From positions 64,001 through 128,000 of the forward strand of contig CAWBKB010000003.1 in the NCBI GenBank assembly GCA_963789265.1: a stretch of 64,000 bases of DNA. The letters are read 5' to 3'. The notes under the pieces are model-generated. The model searched no databases and was not told the DNA's origin. It saw nothing but the letters and a program-made list of their open reading frames with translations. This DNA comes from an uncultured delta proteobacterium (GTDB lineage: Bacteria; Desulfobacterota; Desulfomonilia; Desulfomonilales; Desulfomonilaceae). Below are positions 22,602-31,754 of the stretch, piece by piece (within the stretch, counting starts at the first letter, position 1; every line of letters starts with the position of its first letter). The translations under genes and the position numbers were made by a program.

Positions 22602-22769
22602 GAAACTGTCTCAAAATCGAGTGATGGACGAATTCGTAGCACGATGCTCCCTTTTCCCGGCAATCCCGCGTTCCGCGGGACCGGGCTACTATCTCCTAGT
22701 CCTTACGGGACGCTTGTATTTGAGCCCCGTCGGGGCGATTGATAGTAGACCGGTACTTTAGTGCCGGGT
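22602..22769. repeat. Lone IS1182-type end plus REP cluster
   Basis: GAAACTGTCTCAAAA at 22602; CCGGGCTACTATC, GTCCTTACGGGAC, GCCCCGTCGGGGC and CCGGTACTTTAGTGCCGG, same family as 16741-16906. Confidence 0.65.
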
Positions 22770-22844
22770 CCCCATCGTGCCACGATTTTAGGCATGCATA
22801 CAGTTTTACCCCCTCAGCCCGAGCGAACACAGCGATCCGCCACT

Positions 22845-23588
22845 TCATTCAATTTCTTCCAACTTTCGTTTCAAGACTTGGAGTTGAGCCGAATCAGCTT
22901 GGATTTTTTCCCGCAAGTTCCTTATGATTAGCGCCTGGTCCGCGAATTCCTCGGCTCGGGAGCGAGGCGATTTGTACAAGCCGGCCCGGATTTCTTCAGC
23001 CTGAGCTAACTCGAATCTCGCGGATTCTATCCCGGCCTTAAGTGCATCAATCCGGGCGAACAGGTCCTTTGCGGAAGCCGGACCGGGTTCCGCGGCCTCG
23101 TGCACAGACTCGGAGGTAGCATCTGGGGTGCTTCGCACCGGCGAAGGAGCTGCCGATCGGTCTTGACGATAGATGCTCCACATAGACGTGATGAAGCTGC
23201 CTCCCGCGAAAAGCAAGAACACACCGGCAGTGACAACAAGCACTGCCATCCATATCCATGAGCGAAAAGAAGCTTCTTTCTCGAATTCATCCACCACTCC
23301 GTTTTGCAGAGGAACGGTCCGGTTAGTGGCGGAAACGGCAGCATCTTCCTTTATCTTCGAATCGACCGGTTCGATTATGCAGAGCGCACGAATCGCTTCA
23401 ATAAGCCTCCGGAACTCTTCGGCTTGTTCCCTTCCGATCCCCTCTTTTATGACTACGGGCGCATTGCGTAAAAGAGCCCGCGCCTTTTCCACATCAATAG
23501 CGAGGACGGTAGCCAAGTTCCTGCAAAACAATTCGGTGTCGCTGGCGGAATGACCGTAAAGTTTTATTCGATACAATGGTCCCGGCAC
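22845..23588 (-). CDS. Hypothetical membrane protein (L7/L12-CTD-like N-terminus, one TM, coiled coil)
   Basis: KARALL..APVVIKEG..REQAE motif, TM helix, coiled-coil tail. Confidence 0.7.
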   Translation of the reverse strand: MPGPLYRIKLYGHSASDTELFCRNLATVLAIDVEKARALLRNAPVVIKEGIGREQAEEFRRLIEAIRALCIIEPVDSKIKEDAAVSATNRTVPLQNGVVDEFEKEASFRSWIWMAVLVVTAGVFLLFAGGSFITSMWSIYRQDRSAAPSPVRSTPDATSESVHEAAEPGPASAKDLFARIDALKAGIESARFELAQAEEIRAGLYKSPRSRAEEFADQALIIRNLREKIQADSAQLQVLKRKLEEIE

Positions 23589-23799
23589 GAGAAGATCTCC
23601 TCTATTCTTTTAGATTAGCAGGTATAAAAAAATTTAACACCCCGTCCATCTTGTTGACAGTAATAATGACAGTTATTATGGATACATATCTTTCCAGATC
23701 GACAAAGGTGCACAATTTTGTCACATTTCCCCTGATGGCGCGACCGAAGAAGATGGGTCTGACGGCGGGACAATGCATTGGTACTGAATATCCTAACAA

Positions 23800-23814
23800 T
23801 GGCACGATTATTGC
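23800..23814 (+). promoter_or_regulatory. Sigma54 -24/-12 promoter upstream of the pilus cluster
   Basis: TGGCAC-GATTA-TTGC, exact consensus spacing; candidate activator site GCACAATTTTGTCAC at ~23710. Confidence 0.75.
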
Positions 23815-24100
23815 CTATTTTGAGGCATGTAAGCCGACTGGCGGGGGAGACCGCCTTCCCGCGGATCGCGGGGTCTTATTGCTCACAATAACATGGGCTG
23901 ACATTAACGGGGTTCTCACCCCCCTTTGCTTTGAGTCGTTCCCAGACATTGTCTCATAGATTCTAAACTATGGGGAGGCATTCTCATCGTTCGGCATTCC
24001 GACAATCGCCGGGATCCGGAGATCAAGAGAATTTGTTTACAGAGTCGGAGAACTTGGACGGCCGTGACGCGTTCAAAGTCCTTGTTTTCTAACGAGGTAT

Positions 24101-24295
24101 TTATACCGATTCGCTTTCAAACAAGTGACACGGTGTTTTTAGTGGGACAGGCATCTTGCCTGTCGTCATGCCCGCGTACGTGGGCATCCAGACTGGACCC
24201 CGGATCGAAGTCCGGGGTGACGAATGGCAGGCAGGATGCCTGCCCCACCATATCCTCGCGGGGATTGTCACTTGTTTGATGGCGCACTGGTATTA
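24101..24295. mobile_element. MITE family A (copy 1) with REP cargo
   Basis: 30-bp imperfect TIR TTATACCGATTCGCTTTCAAACAAGTGACA / TGTCACTTGTTTGATGGCGCACTGGTATTA; homologous to 39262-39689. Confidence 0.8.
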
Positions 24296-24475
24296 GGTGT
24301 ATTTTAAAGCGCTTATACTCAAATCCCTTCTTGCCTCTTGAAAGAAGGGGGGTTAGCCGCGTCGCGCAGGCCGGCTTAATGAACGTAAAGGGGTGTCCGG
24401 GCATCGGTTATTCTGCGGAACAACCACCTGCCGCCCCTATGAAGTGTGCTTTTCGTTGCGTGAAGGAGGAGATCC

Positions 24476-25042
24476 ATGACGACAAGGTCCCACAGTTGCG
24501 TAGGATGTGGTGAACCCCCTAGCAGGGGGGTGAACCGCATCTGTCGCGCATCGGTCATCGAGAGACATCTCGGCAAGGTTTTTCGCGACCGATGCGGTTC
24601 CCCCGCGGTCGCGGGGTTCACCACATCCTACGCACTGATCGGTTTGATCGTGCTAATTGCATTCGTCGCGATTTCTCTGCTCGCCGACCTGCCCTTACAG
24701 GCAGCCTCCACTCCGACTACCGCTCCTCAGAAGAAGGTGATGGGGGTCTCGACTCCGGCACCTCCTTCGCCTATCGCCCCTTATGTGGCCCAGGCATATT
24801 CCATAGTAGGGCCGAGCTACGTATCAACGGTCACATCACAGTCCATTACTCTGTCCACGGGCCGGAACGACCTCGGCATCGATCTCACAGGCAAGCATGT
24901 TGTTGTGATAGATCAGGCTTCCAAACCGCTTACACTGAGTGCCGTACAAAAAGGCACGAGGGTGTACGTATGCCGCAAGGCCAATAATGTAGTTGTCATG
25001 GTGCTTCCAGCCGTCACAACACAAGGAGGAGCAAAGAAATGA
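24476..25042 (+). CDS. Hypothetical exported protein, first gene of pilus cluster
   Basis: Strong RBS AAGGAGG; G|FTT followed by hydrophobic helix; ATGA overlap with pilY1. Confidence 0.75.
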   Translation: MTTRSHSCVGCGEPPSRGVNRICRASVIERHLGKVFRDRCGSPAVAGFTTSYALIGLIVLIAFVAISLLADLPLQAASTPTTAPQKKVMGVSTPAPPSPIAPYVAQAYSIVGPSYVSTVTSQSITLSTGRNDLGIDLTGKHVVVIDQASKPLTLSAVQKGTRVYVCRKANNVVVMVLPAVTTQGGAKK

Positions 25043-28000
25043 TGCCGCGTCCACTAATCATCCTGACTGCGTTGCTCACCTTGTTGGGGCTCGTGTTGCT
25101 CGCATCCCCCTGCGGGGCTACCCCTTACAATGCTTGAAGCCTTCCCGCTGTCGCCGGTGTGGCGACCAAACCGAATGTGATGATAGTGATGGACTATTCC
25201 GGAAGCATGCAGTTCCGGGCGCACTATAAGAGTGCATCGCAATTTTGGAACGGTTATTATTCTAACAGCAATGTCGCCTATGGTTACGACGGCACGGAAG
25301 GCACCAAGACAGACGGCGAGCCGTACGATCCTACGCAGACCTACTACGGGCTTTTCCAATCTAACGTATACTATACGTACGACGCGGCGAACAAATACTG
25401 GGTTCCCGCGGCTACCCAACCGGTGACGGCTTATAGTTTCACAGCTCCCAGCCGGGACGGCGGTCCTGTGTCCGCGTGGTCGTCGGGTCAAGCTTATGCC
25501 GTGAATGCCCTGGTCGGCGATGGCGGTAAATCTTATATGTGTACTACTGCCCACACATCTGCTTCAACCAATGAACCGGGAACAGGCTCCAATTGGCCAA
25601 CTTACTGGATCTTAGTAGGATCGGGAACCGAGTTGATACAGTACACAGCAACCGGCCATAACTTCCAGGTGGGGCAGCTCGTTGAATTTCAGGGGCTGAC
25701 GAGTCACACTGGAATGAATGGAAATGCCTACTATGTGACTGCGGTTTCAGGCGACACATTCACGGTGGCATTTCCCTGGAACGGAAACCCGGATTCTGCC
25801 ACCGGATCTGCGCAAAGGCGTATTTCAGGGACCCTTCTGACAACTTACGGCGGAACCGCGCAGACACCCGGCCTCAGCGGCAATATTCTCAACTGTGCCA
25901 CCGCCAGCAGAATTGATTGTTCGCTGCAAGCCCTGATAGGCGGCCCTGGCTCGTGTGATTCCAATTATTGCTACATCAGGGGGCAAGGAGAGAGGAGCTA
26001 TCTGCGAGAATCCTCCAACATTCAGGCGGAGTTCTACGTCCGTCCTGCGTCTTCCGATTCTTCCGCGACTTACCCCGACGACTATAATACCGGTACATAT
26101 ACCACGAAGACGACCTACCTGTCGCTAAGCGGCCGGTATGCCGGGAACGTAACTACCGCGGATCCCGCTTTCGGCTCTGCCTGTACTCATCAGACTTGTA
26201 CTTCACAGCACTGCACTCATCGGTACTGCGATGATGCGGACTGCACCGACTATCCATGCACTCATCAGAGCTGCACTCACTGGACGTGCACCGGCAAGAA
26301 TTGTACTGACACTTTATGCCAGCAAGGCTCCTACAAGTGCAGCCATCGCAACTGCGACACCTACCAGTGCGACCGCTGGGGACCGTGCGATGCATGCAAC
26401 AACTGGCAGTGCGACCAGTGGCAATGCGACGCCTACACTTGCGACCAGTGGTCCGGCGGGAACTATTATGAAGCGTACACATTCACTACCGGGAGCACGG
26501 CCACCCACATAGATCTGGCGCTCACCGGGACTTGGACAGGAGGGACCCAGCAAAACCCAACGCAATCGTACCTGGCGCTCTTTAACAATACGAACTTTTC
26601 AGGAAATTCCCTGGCGTCGGACACGGGCTCTACCGCCAATATATCGTATAACCTTGCTGCGAACACAACCTACTATGTGGTCGTGGCAGCCAACAGTGAC
26701 GGCCAGACAGGGTCTTACACGCTGGCCTCCAGCCAGGAACTGGTGGGTTATGATCCTCGTAACCCCAGCAATCCGAGTGTCTCGCCCGGGACCTTTAGCG
26801 GTCAAAGATTACTTCCGACCGGCTTTGCCGTCCCCTTAGGGTCCATTCCCCAGGCCCAGGTAAAAATCAGGGTAGACGTCAACGCACGAACCGGCATTAT
26901 CCAGCAGACTTTCAGCCAGATCAGGTACGGCTTTATGTACTTCAATTCCAGTTCAGGCAATGTCGGCAAAATCCTGGTCGGCTGCGATAACACAAATCTT
27001 GATACTCTTCTGACCGCGTTTACCGGAATTTATCCGTACAACGGCACGCCCACGGGAGAAGCACTGGAGGCGGCCGAGGACTATTTCGCCCAGTCGACGA
27101 GCCACTCAGGAGACTACTCGAGCAATTCCAATTACATAAACTTAGGGAAGTCAGTAGATCCTTACTACCAGCCGAATGTAAGCGGCAACCTCACAAGTGT
27201 GCCGTGCCGCCAGAGTTATGTTGTTTTGATCTCGGACGGTGGATGGAACGGAAATGTCGACCCCATCAAGCCCGCACGGGGGATGCACGCCTTTGACCTG
27301 AGGAGCGATCTTACCGGTAATCAGTCGGTAAATCTGTACAGCATTTTCGCATTCAGCACCAGTGTGTGCGGGGCTCGCAGTATGCAGGGTGTGGCGATGT
27401 TCGGCGGATTCGCGGACGACACATCCAACTGCGGGGGTACCGGAGGCTCTAGCAACACATGGCCGTACCCTTATACCAGTTATCCATCTGCGTGCGAAGA
27501 CACCAGCATCACTTGCTCGCAGTGCGATGCTTGTAGTTGTTGTCCTCCCAATTGTAGCTCATGTCTTCAGGGAAGCCTATGTATGAATCGGTACCAACCG
27601 AAGTGTGATCCAACCGTGCCCCTGCCCTCAGGCCACTCGTACGATACCTGCTGCAAGGAGTGGGATGCGAACTGGGACAAATATACGTCAGGGGATAATT
27701 TGGATAAGGGGATCCCGGACAATTATTTCGAGTGTTCGCAGGGACAGGATCTTCAGGCAGCCCTCCTGAAAGTCCTCACAGGAGCGATAGTGAAGAATGC
27801 CACGGCCAGCGCGGTTGCCACGGTGGCCCAGCAAACGCAAGAAGGGGATATTATCATCCGCGGCCTGTTTCATGCCGCGGACCCGGATACAGTAGGAAGG
27901 AACCTTTGGCGCGGCCATTTGGAGGCATATTGGCCTTATCTCGATCAAAGCACCATGACATGGCATTATGATTTTGAGAAGAATCCCTGTTTTGAAATCA

Positions 28001-30639
28001 CCGACCCCAACAAGAACTGCTGGGATGCCGCTGAAATATTGCAGAAGCGAGACACAAACAATAGGACCATATATAGTTGGGATCCCACCACAAAAACAAC
28101 AGTGACTATTCCGCAAGTGCCACGTGATACGGGTTCGCCGTTCCCTCCAACCAATCCGCCCTGGAGTTCGTCCCTGACTGCGACGTGGTCCGGCACGCTG
28201 GGTTTGAGCGGCTCTCTGACTGCGCCGGATTTGATCGATTGGGTCCGAGGGGATGACAACATTGTCGACAGCACCTTCGCCTTTAGGGACCGTTCGAATT
28301 GGAGACTGGGAGACATAATCTATTCGACACCGGTAGTAGTGGGGACCCCCGGCGTGGGCATGATTTCGACGAAAGATCCCAACCGGGACGAGTTTTATGC
28401 TTACCGGAACCAAAGCACTGGGTGCCCCTGCACTTCCGCCACTGATACCACTTCTGCATCCTGCCAGAACTGCGTGTACTACAGAGATAAGGTAATCTAC
28501 GTCGGGGCTAACGACGGAATGATCCATGCCTTCCTCATGGCTCACTGGGACGCTACGCGGCAAAAGTGGCTGACCGAACCGGGCAATGACCCTACCAAGG
28601 GCGTGAACGGGGATCCTACCAAAGGACAATATCCCGGCATAGGCACGGAATTGTGGGCCTATACACCTAGCAACCTCTTAACCGAACTTCAGTACCTTGC
28701 GCCCGAAACCTACGGCAACACCTCCTCGTCGGGTGGTTGCGTACACAGAACAATGGTCGACCTGGCGCCCCAATCGTGGGAGGTTTACATCAAGTCACCC
28801 AACTGCCCCATAGGTAGCCCCGGGGGAAGGTGCTGGCGTACTGTCATACTCGGCGGCGAGAGGGGCGGAGGCGATGTCTATTTTGCGATTGACGTCACAG
28901 ACCCTTACAATCCCGTAGTGTTGTGGGAATATTCATTGCTCAAGAACAGGATAATTTATGACACGGGCGGCACACGTTCTCTCACCAACTGCGCAAACAG
29001 TGCTACCGATGGAAATTGCCAGTCAGCTAACTTGAGCACAGCCTACCCGTTTCTCGCTGACCCCACGGTATATGAGAAGTTGAAGATCCTCCCCTGCACC
29101 TGGTCACGGCCGGCCGTGGGGCGACTTAAGATACCGACCTTACTGACTCTTCATACAGGGGATCCCGCGGCCACGGGGACCGCTCCCACGGATGTTACAC
29201 CTTTCGACTTCGACGGCGAGCAGTCCCGAGACGTTGCGTTCATCGGGGGCGGAATCAGGATCTTTCAGGATGACTCGACAATCAACAAGGATCCCTCGGT
29301 GGCCGTGACGACAGAGCAGCTCTCCGCAGCCCAGAGGTTCGATCTATTCCGACCGGACTTTTTGGCCATAGACATCGAGACGGGCACAAACCTGTTCAGG
29401 TATTACTGGCCGCTTATCCAAAATCAAACCGTATTCCAAAATCTGAGTGCGACGAAGTTTTACACTCTCTTTCCGGTGGTAAAATACGGCTCCAATTACA
29501 TTCCCTACTCCATGTCCGACCCACTGGCGCTCGACGTGCTGAACACTTCCGGCTCAACCAGCCTCGGTGTGGGGGATGACGGGTATATTGATACTGTGTA
29601 TGTTGGCGATTTGTTGGGGAACTTTTACGGGCTCAAGTTTAATTTCGCCGAACAGGTCCAAGACCACACCACAGGAAATCTTGTGGCCAACAACAGTAAT
29701 TTTGGCATCAGGGTCGACTGGTGGCAAACCAAGTCGACCTGGGAGGGAAGTCCGGCGACAAACACCAATATGGATTATTATCGGGGCTTGCGGCAACCGA
29801 TCACCGTGCCCCCGGTGGCCAGTTTTGACAGTAACATGTCCAACGGATACTTTCTCCATGTCATTTTCGGGGCAGGCAAATTCGAGGATGTCCCGAACAG
29901 CCAGAACGACGACATGGTTGACATATCGAGGACGTCCATCTACAACCTCAAAGACTTGGTCACTCCGCCGACTGATAACTTCTTCAGTACCCGCGCGCAG
30001 CCGCTCGGGAATTTCAAGATAGAGATAAATCCCAGGTGCCCGCAGTCGCCATACGGCTCGTGCCATACAATTCGGGATTGGCCGAAAAGCGGCGATTCCG
30101 CGTGTGTGTGGGTAAAGGACGACGGCACCAAAGATTGCGGGGAAAATACGTGCCACGAGCCGGCAAACCCGTCAGACGCGTGTGCCGATCCCTGCTGGAA
30201 CTGTATCTTCGATCTCATGTCGCCAACGGACATGACAAAGCCAGGGGAACGTGTGGTGCGAAAGGCACTCATAGCAGGAGGCCTGGTTTTTATCGTTACA
30301 ACATCGCCGCCTTCTACTCAGTGTGAATCGCAAGGCACGAGCAAACTTTATGTGCTGAGCTATGATTGTGGACCCATTCCCGGGGGGCAGGATATATTTG
30401 ATTCCAGCATAACAGCGATCGGGCTCAAGACGGGCAATGTCAACGGGTATGATCCGAGAGGTTGGGTGGTTGATCTTGGCACGGGCGTGGCAAGTAATCC
30501 TGTCCTTGATTCCTCCGGTACTCACGTAATAATTCAAATGAGCACGGGACAAATCCCTACGGATAATGGTGGTGGCCCAGGTCTTAGTGTTAAGTTGCCC
30601 CAAAAAGTTATGCAGCCTGAGGGTTGGCGGGAAAGGTAG
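25039..30639 (+). CDS. pilY1: PilY1-type pilus tip adhesin, 1866 codons with in-frame TGA at codon 33 (candidate Sec)
   Basis: Signal peptide; KPNVMIVMDYSGSM vWA start, TPTGEAL, VLISDG; beta-propeller motifs LGDIIYSTP, YVGANDGMIHAF, ELWAY.P, DTVYVGDLLGN, GERVV. Confidence 0.9.
25150..25166 (+). promoter_or_regulatory. Candidate bacterial SECIS hairpin
   Basis: GTCGCC-GGTGT-GGCGAC starting 12 nt after in-frame TGA (25135-25137). Confidence 0.6.
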
Positions 30640-30725
30640 GGTGCACATTCATCCCAAGCATCTACTTTAAAGAAGGCAGATGCAGAGACGAACGCAGCTC
30701 CCTACAAACTCCGTTTCCCTCCCGG

Positions 30726-30878
30726 GACGGTAGCGGCCACCAAGACCCGGACCAGGCCGACTATGACGAGAATCGGTCGGGGGAGTTGCTATCAATGGGG
30801 ATTACAGTAATACGTTTTTGGAATCATGAGGTTAATGATAACATAGATAGTGTGTTGGCAGCGATTAGAGAGGCCCTC
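30726..30878 (+). pseudogene. DUF559 (Vsr-like) endonuclease 3' remnant
   Basis: DGSGH..YDENR..L..MGITVIRFWNHEV..NIDSVL..I; N-terminal half missing. Confidence 0.8.
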
Positions 30879-30965
30879 ACCCTTGCCCTCTCCCAGAGGG
30901 AGAGGGGACCAGACGGCGGTTCTCACCTGACTCCCTCTCCCTCTGGGAGAGGGCCGGGGTGAGGG
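30874..30965. repeat. CCCTCTCCC-GGGAGAGGG REP doublet
   Basis: CCCTCACCCTTGCCCTCTCCCAGAGGGAGAGGG and inverted copy; same family at 19330-19423. Confidence 0.85.
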
Positions 30966-31097
30966 TGCCAGAATCCTTAACCTGGAGGGTTTGCCTCCAC
31001 ATTTGTAGTAAAATAAGCCATTTTTCCGGGAAGAGTCCCACGCTCCGCGGGATTCCCAAGCTTCGTCTCTGAATCCGGACTAAGGCAGGAGATTGCG

Positions 31098-31754
31098 ATG
31101 CTTGCTGTTCGACCTTGGTTTCTGGTTTTGGCGATCGTTTTGGTCTGCGCCGGCATTCCTGCCGCACTTGCCCGGGGTGAGGCTCCGGAAGAGCACAAGG
31201 CTGTCAAACCTACCGTGGTCAAGGTCAGAATTGAACCCGCGCAGCCCCGGACGGGAGACAAGGTTAAGATATATTTCAACCTGGGGGGAGGGGCTGAGCG
31301 TGCTGAAGTAAAATGGTCCTTAAACGGCAAAGAGGTCCAGCTTTCGGATTATATTGAAGCATTCAAGTACGTGGAGTTGAACAAGACGCTCAAGGCCGAT
31401 GACAAAGTTATTGCTGTCATAACTCCGTTCGATGCAAACGGGGTTGCCGGGGCTAAGGTTGTCCGGCGGATTGTTTGCGCGAGCGCTCCACCCGAACTGA
31501 AAGTTGTCGATCAGCGGATCGAAGCGGGAGTGTACAAGGCAACCGTGGAAGCCAAGGACCCTCAAGGTGGGCACGTTTCATTGACCCTGGAAAAGGGACC
31601 GCCGGGAATGACGATGGATCCTAAGGGGAACATTACCTGGCCCTTAGGCAGTGATATCGCAGGCAGATTTCCCGTGAAGATCGAGGCAAAGACCGAAAAG
31701 AGCGGCCAAGCAATTCTCTCATTCGACGTGGGCATAAAGAGAGGAAACCAATGA
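31098..31754 (+). CDS. Secreted protein with two Ig-like domains
   Basis: Signal peptide, IEP..P..GD, W..NG, DPQG..LEKGPPGMTMD..G.ITW; RBS AGGAG. Confidence 0.8.
   Translation: MLAVRPWFLVLAIVLVCAGIPAALARGEAPEEHKAVKPTVVKVRIEPAQPRTGDKVKIYFNLGGGAERAEVKWSLNGKEVQLSDYIEAFKYVELNKTLKADDKVIAVITPFDANGVAGAKVVRRIVCASAPPELKVVDQRIEAGVYKATVEAKDPQGGHVSLTLEKGPPGMTMDPKGNITWPLGSDIAGRFPVKIEAKTEKSGQAILSFDVGIKRGNQ

Noticed and set aside
26182..26451. Multiheme cytochrome or DGR variable region in PilY1
   Set aside because: No CxxCH motifs; no reverse transcriptase or template/variable repeat pair in the window
27688..30648. Long antisense ORFs opposite pilY1 (likewise opposite dnaE, tkt, psrA)
   Set aside because: Shadow ORFs of GC-rich coding sequence with no motifs or RBS
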